Source: Macrostomum lignano (Eukaryota). Taken from it: a DNA stretch of 64,000 nucleotides. Location of the stretch: assembly GCA_002269645.1 (NCBI GenBank), contig NIVC01001205.1:248001-312000 (forward strand), read 5' to 3'. The position numbers and the translations under genes are program-made. This document shows positions 23,911 through 35,900 of this stretch, one piece after another; the stretch's first letter is position 1; every line of letters starts with the position of its first letter. The notes under the pieces were generated by a model that saw only the letters and a list, made by a program, of their open reading frames with translations, was not told where the DNA came from and did no database searches.

Positions 23911-26900
23911 ATGTCTGAAGAGTCAGAAACGCTTTCAATTGTGGAAGTAAAAGAGGTTCTCATTGCTGCCCAGCGTTTGCATGAGTTAGGTAAATAAATA
24001 TTCACTAATTCACAAATCTGTTAAATATCATTACTTCATTTCATTGTGTTGATATATAAATTCCAGCTAACTCTAGCATAGTCCTAAGTCAGTTTTAAAG
24101 ATTTTTTCTTAATTTGAGAATCAAATTCTTCTACAATGACTGATTTGTTTACTCCTTAACTTTGAAGCATTTATTTTAAATTTTCTATTTCAACCACAAT
24201 TTTAGCATAAAAATTTTTATCGAATAGAATAAATATTAAACATATCATAAAGAATCAAATTATAAAAAATCTAGAATTAATTAATATTTTAGATAAGTAT
24301 CATATCAGTAATTCATGCAGGCGTGACAAACCTTATTAAAAGAATAATATTGCAAATTTTATAAAGCGATTTTTATTTTAACAATGAAAATATTATTTTT
24401 AAAATCTCCCAATCTATCTAGGCAGCCGAATGCGCTCAGAACCGTTCGACTTTAAGGAGTCAGATGTTGGCCACATTGACGACATCATCGATGCACTACA
24501 TGAGCTTGTGAGCTGAAAATTATATAAAAATTCATATTGTTCTTTTAATACTCAGTCGATTCCAATGTAATAAATCATATCGATTTTTTTAACGCAGGAA
24601 CTGCACAGAAACAAAGCGAAAGACATCCTTGAAACTGAAACTATCAAGTGCTGCGCAGTGCGGCACAAGCTGATGCACTATCCTGACGAAATCAATCGCG
24701 AGATTCATGGTTGGTGCTCGATAAGTTTCACCTGAGTTTTCTGCTAGGGGGGGGGGGTAGATTGGGCCATAGATGGGAGTGGGAATTTATTGAGAGATCT
24801 CTACTTTACTGTGTAAAGATATCTACTTGCTTATACGATTGTGAGTGAATCTGTATGAAAAGCCGGTTTATAGGTAGAGGGACGGATCTTACTGGTGGGT
24901 AGGGGGCGGATCTTACTGATGGGTAGGGAGCGGATCTTACTGATGGGTAGGGGGGCGGATCTTACTGATGGGTAGGGGGCGGATTTTACTGATGGGTAGG
25001 GAGCGGATCTTACTGATGGGTAGGGGGCGGATCTTACTGATGCGTAGGGGGCGGATCTTACTGATGCGTAGGGGGCGGATCTTACTGATGGGTAGGGGGC
25101 GGATTTTACTGATGGGTAGGGGGCGGATCTTACTGATGGGTAGGGGGGCGGATCTTACTGATGGGTAGGGGGGCGGATCTTACTGATGGGTAGGGGGCGG
25201 ATTTTACTGATGGGTAGGGAGCGGATCTTACTGATGGGTAGGGGGCGGATCTTACTGATGGGTAGGGAGCGGATCTTACTGATGGGTAGGGGGGCGGATC
25301 TTACTGATGGGTAGGGGGCGGATTTTACTGATGGGTAGGGAGCGGATCTTACTGATGGGTAGGGGGCGGATCTTACTGATGCGTAGGGGGCGGATCTTAC
25401 TGATGCGTAGGGGGCGGATCTTACTGATGGGTAGGGGGCGGATTTTACTGATGGGTAGGGGGCGGATCTTACTGATGGGTAGGGGGCGGATCTTACTGAT
25501 GGGTAGGGAGCGGATCTCACTGATGGGTAGGGGCGGATTATGACTGATAGGTGGGACTTTGACCACCCGCCCCTCCCCCAAACGCACCGCAGAGGCCGTC
25601 AAAGCTGCCAGATCCCTGAACGAAGACACAATCAATGGACTGAAGCGACAGCTGCAGGATATTATTGATGAAATTGAATATCTGGAGACTCACGCCAAGC
25701 AGCTGGATGCGGAGACCGAGGGTCTGGGGTGAGTTCAATTTATATATTCTATCGTTTAAAATGAAAAATTTGTACTTAAAAAGAAGAAGAGGGAGGAGAG
25801 AGGAGAGGGGAGAGGGAAGAGAGATGAGAAGGGAGATAGAAAAGAGGAGAAGGGAAATAGAAGAGAGGAGAAGGGAGATGGAAGAGAGGAGAAGGGAGAT
25901 TGAAGAGAGGAGAAGGGAGATTGAAGAGAGGAAAAGGAAGATGGAAGAGAGGAAAAGGAAGATGGAAGAGAGGAAAAGGAAGATGGAAGAGAGGAAAAGG
26001 AAGATGGAAGAGAGGAAAAGGAAGATGGAAGAGAGGAAAAGGAAGATGGAAGAGAGGAGAAGGGAGATGGAAGAGAGGAGAAGGGAGATTGAAGAGAGGA
26101 GAAGGGAGATTGAAGAGAGGAGAAGGGAGATGGAAGAGAGGAGAAGGGAGATGGAAGAGAGGAAAAGGGAGATGGAAGAGAGGAGAAGGGAGATTGAAGA
26201 GAGGAGAGGAGAGAGAGAAAGGAGAAGGGGGGAGGGGAGGGTTCAGAGAGGAGAGTGGGCTATTGGTGGAGAATTGAAAGATGCAGAGGAAAATGAGAGA
26301 ATGGTAAACCGGAGCACGCAGACCTGCACACAGCCGTTGCAGTTCTCAGGCTCCAGTCAGCCAGCCCATGAAATTTCACACCTAAAATCAAATCCTACAG
26401 GCCCGAGCGAGACGTGATAAAGCTGGTGTTCGAGGCCGAAGTGGCCAAACTAAATGAGCGCCTCGCTGACAAGGCTGGCGAGCAGATCTCGTTGAACGAG
26501 AATCGAGACACGGTGCGCTCAGCCAATGTGAACATCGTGGACTTGGAGGAGGACGTTGTCCGATTGAAGGAGCAGATGGTGGTGGAGCGAGCGCAACACC
26601 GTGAGACCAAACAGAAACTGGCAGAGGAGACGGTGAGACAAAGTTTTAACTTGCGGTCCTAATCTGAGAGCTACTTTATTTGAGATGGGGGCGCCATTTC
26701 ATTTGAGATGAGAAGCGCCATTTCATTTGAGATGAGGGGCGCCATTTCATTTGAGATGAGTGGCGCCATTTCATTTGAGATGAGGGGCGCCATTTCATTT
26801 GAGATGAGTGGCGCCATTTCATTTGAGATGAGGGGCGCCATTTCATTTGAGATGAGTGGCGCCATTTCATTTGAGATGAGGGGGGGGGGGCGCCATTTCA

Positions 26901-29900
26901 TTTGAGATGAGGGGGGCCATTTCATTTGAGATGAGGGGGGCGCCATTTCATTTGAGATGAGGGGGCGCCATTTCATTTGAGATGAGGGGGGGGGGCGCCA
27001 TTTCATTTGAGATGAGGGGGGGGCGCCATTTCATTTGAGATGAGGGGGGGGGCGCCATTTCATTTGAGATGAGGGGGGCGCCATTTCATTTGAGATGAGG
27101 GGGGCGCCATTTCATTTGAGATGAGGGGCGCCATTTTATTTGAGATGAGTGGCGCCATTCCATTTGAGATGAGGGGCGCCATTTTATTTGAGATGAGTGG
27201 CGCCATTCCATTTGAGATGGGGGGCGCCATTTCATTTGAGATGAGGGGGGGGCGCCATTTTATTTGAGATGAGTGGCGCCATTTCATTTAAATTTATTGA
27301 TGTCCTAATCTAAACAAAAGTGAGCTATTACACATAGTTTCCATTTTTCTTACTATAAGTAGGGAAAGCCGAATTTTAATATCAGAATTTATCTCGAATT
27401 CCTTTGTCAAATTCACAGGGCGAAACTGTGCAAAAATTCAACGCCCAAAAGGAGAAAAATGACGAGAAGAAGCAGGTGCTTGCTGAGGTCAGCGTGGAGC
27501 TGGCGGAGACCACGAAGGAGAGGAACGACCTCACCAAGGTGAGTAATTGTGGGTGTCTGTAGGGGTCACTGGCGGGTGTCTGTGGGGGTCAGTGGTGTGT
27601 GTCTGTAGGTCAGTAGGTGGTCAGAGGGTGTCTGTAGGTGGTTAGAGGGTGTCTGTAGGGGGTCAGAGGGTGTCTGTAGGTGGTTAGAGGGTGTCTGTAG
27701 GGGGTCAGAGGGTGTCTGTAGGTGGTTAGAGGGTGTCTGTAGGGGTCAGAGGGTGTCTGTAGGGGTCAGAGGGTGTCTGTAGGGGGTCAGAGGGTGTCTG
27801 TAGGGGGTCAGAGGGTGTCTGTAGGGGTCAGAGGGTGTCTGTAGGGGGTCAGAGGGTGTCTGTAGGGGGTTAGAGGGTGTCTGTAGGGGGTCAGAGGGTG
27901 TCTGTAGGGGGTCAGAGGGTGTCTGTAGGGGGTCAAAGGGTGTCTGTAGGGGGTCAAAGGGTGTCTGTAGGGGGTCAAAGGGTGTCTGTAGCCTCTTCCC
28001 GCATCTTCCCCATCGTCCAGCAAAAGCAGAAGCTGGAAGAGAAGAACTCCAGTCTGGAGGCGCAGGAGGCGGACACTCGCCAACGAATCGAGCGACAGAT
28101 GGAGCGGAACAAGACGCTGCGAGATGAAATGTAAGCATTGACATGGCTGCTCAAGTTTCAAGACGACACGTATCTGATACCAAAAGCATGACTCATATCT
28201 ATCTATTTTTAGCGAGCGAATTCGTCAGCTGAACAAATCAATGACTGAAAATCACCAGCGACTCATGGCGCAGATGAAGAAGTCTGTCGAGGATTTCAAT
28301 GAGAAAAGTCGGCGACAGGAGAAGCGACGGGACCTGAGCATTCAGAAGAAGGAGGAACTCAGTGATGGTGAGTTGAGATGGGACCTGAGCATCCAGAAGA
28401 AAGTGGAACTCAGAGATGGTGAGTTGAGATGGGACCTGAGCATTCAGAAGAAAGTGGAACTCAGAGATGGTGAGTTGAGATGGGACTTGAGCATCCAGAA
28501 GAAAGTGGAACTCAAGGATGGTTATCATCCACTAGAACTGGGGCTGTATTCTCAATAACTGCTCCCCATCACACAACTCGCAGTACTCCACGAGGCCCTT
28601 CTGGTTCGTGAGCAGGATGCCAAGACAGTCCGAGAGAAAAGCGAAGAGTAAGAATAATATTTATATATTTTATATCTGCTTTGCTGACAAACTTGATAGT
28701 AGTATGTCCTGTGTTAACTGTGTTACCCTTAGTGGAATCCCCCTGAGGAATTCCCCTTAGAGGAATCCCCCTCAGTGGAATCCCCCTAATTGGAATCCCC
28801 CCTCAGAGGAATCCCCCTCAGAGGAATTCCCCTCATTGGAATCCTCCTCAGTCGAATCTCCCTTAGAGAAATGCTCCTGTGGAATTCCCCCTCAGAGGAA
28901 TCCCCCTCCTTGAAACCCCCTCAGAGGAATCCCCCTCCTTGAAACCCCCTCAGAGGAATCCCCCTCCTTTAAACCCCCTCAGAGGAATCCCCCTCCTTTA
29001 AACCCCCCTCAGAGGAATCCCCCTCCTTTAAACCCCCTCAGAGGAATCCCCCTCCTTGAAACCCCCTCAGAGGAATCCCCCTCCTTGAAACCCCCCTCAG
29101 AGGAATCCCCCTCCTTTAAACCCCCCTCAGAGGAATCCCCCTCCTTTAAACCCCCCTCAGAGGAATCCCCCTCCTTGAAACCCCCCTCAGAGGAATCCCC
29201 CTCCTTTAAACCCCCCTCAGAGGAATCCCCTCCTTTAAACCCCCCTCAGAGGAATCCCCCTCCTTTAAACCCCCCTCAGAGGAATCCTCTGTGGAATTAG
29301 TTTTAGTGGAATCCCCCTCAGAGGAATCCCCCTGTGGAATCAGTATCAGTGGAATTCCCCTCATTGGAATTCCCCCTCAGTGGAACCCGCTTCAGAGGAA
29401 TCCCCTGTGGAATCCCCTGTGAAATCCATCAGTGGATTTAGGCAATCTAAATTTCAAACACCGGTTTCACCTCAGTATCTTTTGTTTTGACAAAACTTTA
29501 CACTCCTTACAAAACTGTGAACAGGAAGACAGGTAAGTGTGAACCGTATGACCAAACGTACATGCAGATGAACTGCAGTCAACAGTTTTAATTCTTGTGC
29601 GAGCGCTTATTCTTGTCTGTCTTGTAGAGAACTTTCAAGGGCTAATAAGCCGATATATCTTTACTTTGTTGCTGTACTATCAGTTATTGATTACTTGCTT
29701 CTGCACTTTTTCATGCAGACTTCTTTTGTCGGTTTGTGTTACTGCCTGCCTGTCACATTTTGTCACTGTCCATGTGTCACTTACAGCCCTATGTGGGCGG
29801 TTGCAAGTTTTGCTCTGAGTTGAAAGTGCTAGAACTGTCCCGAATCCAATCTTTTCAATCCAATTTCACCCTATCCTATCCAATCTCACACATCCCATCC

Positions 29901-32900
29901 AATCTCACCCCATCCCATCCAATCTCACCCTATCCCATACAATTACACCCTATCCCATCCAATCTCACCCTATCTCATCCAATCTTCTCACCCTATCCCA
30001 TCCAATCTCACCCTATCCCATACAATCTCACCCTATCTCATCCAATCTTCTCACCCTATCCCATCCAATCTCACCCTATCCCATACAATCTCACCCTATC
30101 TCATCCAATCTTCTCACCCTATCCCATCCAATCTCACCCTATCTCATCCAATCTTCTCACCCTATCCCATCCAATCTCACCCATCCCATTCAATCTCACC
30201 CAATCCCATCCCATTCAATCTCACCCCATCCCATCCAATCTCACCCGATCCCATCCAATCTCACCCCATCCCATTCAATCTCACTCGATCCCATCCAATC
30301 TCACCCCATCCCATCCAATCTCACCCCATCCCATCCAATCTCACCCCATCCCATCCAATCTCACCCCATCCCATTCAATCTCACCCGATCCCATCCCGTC
30401 CAGTCTCATCCCATCCTGTTAAACCCGAGCCAACAGTGCAAAGCCGTAAGGACACGCAGTACTCAAAGCATTACAATTCCACCCTAGCCAATCGTTGTTG
30501 GATCAAATTTTAATCAACCAGAACTTCATTGCGAAACTTTTCAGACTGCAGGAGGCCAGAAATGACCTCGCCTCCAAGGCTGAAGACATTGGCAGACTGC
30601 AGCAGGAAATTATCGATATGGAGAATCGCAGAATGGAGCTGGCGGACGCTCACAGGTGAGAGGGTGGAGGCGACGGTGTCTGCTAACTAGTGCTAATTAG
30701 GGTTCTAATTGTGTGCTAATTGGGGTACCAATTGGTAAGCTAATTGGTGTGCAAATTGGTTTGCGAATCGGTGTGATAATTAGGGTTTTAATTAGGTTCT
30801 AATTGGGGTTCCAACCGGGTGCTAATTGGGGTTCTAATTGGTGTGCTAATTGGTGTGCCTTATTATTGATGTACTAATGACCATATTTATATTACGCTTG
30901 TAATAAAAATACTGCAACAGGTGCTGAATTATGAAGTTTTCATCAATAAAACTCAAACTTCTTAAAATGCAGAGTTCACATGATATTAAAAATCACTTTC
31001 GCAACCTCTATTGAAGCCGAAGCTGAGAGCAAAATGATAACAACAGCAATTAACTGCTCATCAACTGTTCCCAATAATCCCAAATCATCGCAGGGCCAAG
31101 GATGAGGGTTGGATCAACCAATCATCTCAGTCGTCTGACAGGTATTGTGACTGCTTTTTGTGCGGATGTCAACATCGCCTCGCAGCCATGGCAAATGAGG
31201 ATTCGAATTACTTAAGGTCTTAATCCATCCAATTATCCCTAATTTCTGATATCCCATCTTTAATCCCTATAATCTCCCATCTTGAATCTCTAAGCTCCCA
31301 TCCCTAATCTCAAATCTCTCATCTCTAATCTCAAAATCTCCCATCCCTAATCTCTAATCTCCCACTCTTAATCGCTAATCTCCCATTCTTAATCTCCAAT
31401 CTCCCATCCCTAATCTCTAATCTCCCATTCTTAATCTGTAGTCTCCCATCCCTAGTCTCGAATCTCCCATCCTTAGTTTTAAGTCTCCCATCCCAAAGCT
31501 CAAATATCCCATTCCTAATCTCCCATTCCAAATCTCGGAACTCCCAACACCTTTCCAATTCTTCCTGAGTAAAAATCCCCATAGGAAGATCCCACCCAGA
31601 TGGGAAATTCTGGCTTCAGTCGGCCACAAAGAACCGATTAAGAAATGTTTTTGAAAACTTTCTCAATCAGCAAATCCCAGCGCGTGTCGTGGCTGCTCAG
31701 CGGCACGGCGCCGTCAGGTGCGGGGTTCGATCCTCGCGCCGATCCAGAGGAGATTCAGCGCACTGTGGCGAAGCACCGACAGCTCAGACAGGCGGCCCAG
31801 AGACCGGCGACAGAGTTCGGCCTGTAATGACAGACGGGGGTCACAGCTCAGAGACAGAGGGGGGTCACAGCTGAGAGACAGACGGGGTCACAGCTAAGAG
31901 ACAGACGGGGTCACAGCTAAGAGACAGACGGGGTCACAGCTGAGAGACAGACGTGGTCACAGCTAAGAGACAGATGGGGTCACAGCTGAGAGACAGAGGG
32001 GGTCACAGGTCAGTGTGGCAGAGGGGGTCACAGGTCAGTGTGGCAGAGGGGGTCACAGCTGAGAGACAGACGTGGTCACAGCTAAGAGACAGATGGGGTC
32101 ACAGCTGAGAGACAGAGGGGGTCACAGCTAAGAGACAGATGGGGTCACAGCTGAGAGACAGAGGGGGTCACAGGTCAGTGTGGCAGAGGGGGTCACAGCT
32201 GAGAGACAGACGTGGTTACAGCTAAGAGACAGATGGGGTCACAGCTGAGAGACAGAGGGGGTCACAGGTCAGTGTGGCAGAGGGGGTCACAGCTGAGAGA
32301 CAGACGGGGTCACAGCTAAGAGACATACGGGGTCACAGCTGAGAGACATACGGGGTCACAGCTAAGAGACATACGGGGTCACAGCTAAGAGACATACGGG
32401 GTCACAGCTGAGAGACATACGGGGTCACAGCTGAGAGACATACGGGGTCACAGCTAAGAGACATACGGGGTCACAGCTAAGAGACATACGGGGTCACAGC
32501 TAAGAGACATACGGGGTCACAGCTAAGAGACATACGGGGTCACAGCTGAGAGACAGACGGGGTCACAGCTAAGGGACAGACGGGGTCACAGCTAAGAGAC
32601 AGACGTGGTCACAGCTGAGAGACAGACGGGGTCACAGCTAAGAAACAGATGGGGTCACAGCTGAGAGACAGGGGGTCACAGGTCAGTGTGGCAGAGGGGG
32701 TCACAGCTGAGAGACAGACGGGGTCACAGCTGAGAGACAGAGGGGTCACAGGTCAGTGTGGCAGAGGGGGTCACAGGTCAGTGTGACAGAGACTCGAGCT
32801 TACAGAAAAATTAACAGAGGGGTTCACGACTTGTGTAGCTGGCTACATTACCTAGAAGAGTAAATATGCACAATTGCTACACAATATTATGATCTATCTA

Positions 32901-35900
32901 ATTTAAATCCTCTACAACACATGGTAGACCCTTCAATATTGGCACTGCTACAACTTAAAAAAATCGTTTTAAACCCATTAAAATCTGGTCATTATTATTT
33001 AGAGATTTGCCATGAATTCCGTTTTGCACATGACTTAGTTTAATTGTATTTTGTTAAAACGACTGTCATTCATTTTTTGGCACCAGTTTGCTGTTGCTTT
33101 TCTAGAAAATTTTGCGTGAACAAAAAATTTTAATTTTAAGAACCGAAAATTTGATTTGCTGTCTTAAATTATGTGCCTCAAAACTATTGCAGTGTTTGTT
33201 TAAAACGTGCTGCCATTCAAATATAATTTAACAATTTCCCCTCAGGTCCGCTGTTTTGACTTACAACAAGCAGATCGCCGAGATGAAAGAGCAGCTGACA
33301 AGGGAGCGAAGCGAGCGGTGAGAAAATCTGCAATACACTACTGATAATCGACGTTCGACTATAAGTAGTCTCTAGCATGGATGAAAAAATTGTCCATTCG
33401 CTGAAAAAATGCATTTAGAAAGTCAGTTTCCCGATACCTTACCGATCCTGGCAGGGGCGTCGCCATGGTTTTTATGGTGGGGGGGGCAAAGCCAAGAATT
33501 CTACATGTACATCATTTTGAGAATCGGTGTTGTCAGCACTCATTTTAGCGCCACAGGCACTCATTTTAGCGCCGCAGGCACTCATTTTAGCGCCGCAGGC
33601 ACGCATTTTAGCGCCGCAAGCAGGCATTCGTTTTTGCGCCGCAGGCAGTCACTCATTTTAGCGCCGTAGGCAGGCATTCGTTTTTGCGCCGCAGGCAGTC
33701 ACTCATTTTAGCGCCACAGGCACTCATTTTAGCGCCACAGGCACTCATTTTAGCGCCGCAGGCACGCATTTTGGCGCCGCAAGCAGGCATTCGTTTTTGC
33801 GCCGCAGGCAGTCACTCATTTTAGCGCCGTAGCCACTCATTTTGGCGCAGCAGGCACTCATTTTAGCGCCGTAGCCACTCATTTTGGCGCAGCAGGCACT
33901 CATTTTAGCGCCGCAGGCAGTCACTCATTTAGCGCCGCAAGCAGGCATTCGTTTTGGCGCCGCAGGCACCCATTTTAGCGCCGCAGCAGGCACTCATTTT
34001 AGCGCCACAGGCACTCATTTTAGCGCCGCAGGCACTCATTTTAGCGCCGCAGGCACTCATTTTAGCGCCGCAGGCACTCATTTTAGCGCCACAGGCACTC
34101 ATTTTAGCGCCACAGGCACTCATTTTAGCGCCGCAGGCACTCATTTTAGCGCCACAGGCACTCATTTTAGCGCCGCAGGCACTCATTTTAGCGCCACAGG
34201 CACTCATTTTAGCGCCGCAGGCACTCATTTTAGCGCCGCAGGCACTCATTTTAGCGCCACAGGCACTCATTTTAGCGCCGCAGGCACTCATTTTGGCGCC
34301 GCAGGTACTCATTTTGGCAACCTGAAGCAAAACTTTTGGTTTCCATAACGGGCCACAAAGTGGGGTGGGGAGACAAAGCATTGGCATGTCACCCCATAGC
34401 TTTTACTAGGAGGACATGCCCCCTATCCCCCAGTGGCGACGCCCATGTCTCCTGGACTTCTATGGGAAAACTCAAAATGCTGAATAATTTTTCCCAATTC
34501 CCCATGAACTTGCAGAATGACGGTGCAGGACACAAACGACAAGCTGCAGGATACCATTGACAAGTTTAACAAAGAGCAGAACGCTTTTACCCGGCAGATG
34601 AACAAGCTCATTACGGATTTGAAGCACGAGAACGTTGCGCTTAATGATGAGGTGAGTGCGGTGTCTTCTTATATCTAAGTATCCGGGTGCCATGCAGTGC
34701 GACACTGCGTGCTCAGTGGTCACATCGGAGTAGGCAAAGCTGGTTGTCTACAAGTATTTGCGGGTTGCCGGTCTGCCCTCTGCTGTCTATGACATACAGT
34801 GTCTGCTGTCTATGACATACAGTGTCTGCTTTTTATGAAACACAATGTCTGCTGTCTATGACATACAGTTTCTGCTGTCTATGACATACAGTTTCTGCTG
34901 TTTATGACATACAGTGTCTGCTGTCTATGACATACAGTGTCTGCTGTCTATGACATACAGTGTCTGCTTTTTATGAAACACAATGTCTGCTGTCTATGAC
35001 ATACAGTTTCTGCTGTCTATGACATACAGTTTCTGCTGTTTATGACATACAGTGTCTGCTGTCTATGACATACAGTGTCTGCTGTCTAAGACACACAGCC
35101 TGCTGTCTAAGACACACAGCCTACTATCTATGACACACAGTCTGCGGTCTAAGACACAGTCTGCTGTCTATGACACAGTCTGCTGTCTATGACACAAATT
35201 TCCCCCTCGCCCCCCGCAGCACAACGAGCTGGTCGGCAAGATCAAAGAGGACACCGACCGGCGAGCCAGGCTAGAGGGCGAGCTGGAACGCGGCAGGCGC
35301 GACTTCGCCGAGGTCACAAAACAGAAGGAGGGCATAATTGATTTCCTAGAAAGAGACCTGGAGCGCCTGGGCCAGGACCGGACCGACCGGAGCCGGGAGC
35401 TCGAGGAGCTGCTGCCGAAGTTCGCCGAATTCGAAGCGTTCTTCGATCGAACCCTGGCCGACTACGACGCTTTGAAAAAGAAAATTGTGGCGCTGAAGAA
35501 CCGGAAGACCGGTCTGGAGGAGAGCTCGAAACGGACCGACTCGCAGATTGGCCAGCTGGGCAATGAGATCTCCGAGCTGGAGCGCGAGAAGCAGAGAAAG
35601 CTTGCTCAGGCCGAGCGACAGCTCGAAGAGCTCGCCGAAGAGAGGATGCGGTCTGAGAAGGACATCTACTCGCTCGGTTGCAAGCTCAAAACTGTGCTGG
35701 AGGAGAATGCTAGACTGCGCAATGGAATTCAAGGGTGCGGACTTAAGGGGCCTCGGGTTGGGTGTGGGATTCGCTGTGCTATGATGGGGTGTGGGATTCC
35801 CTGCGCTATGATGGGGTGTGGGATTCGCTGCGCTATGATAGGGTGTGGGATTCGCTGCGCTATGATGGGGTGTGGGATTCCCTGCGCTATGATGGGTGTG

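Noticed and set aside
31688-31742. tRNA/SINE head (GCTCAGCGG A-box-like, GGTTCGATCC B-box-like)
   Set aside because: The anticodon arm is missing, the T-arm geometry is non-canonical, and there is no tail or TSD. A chance match within a GC-rich exon-like island is as likely.
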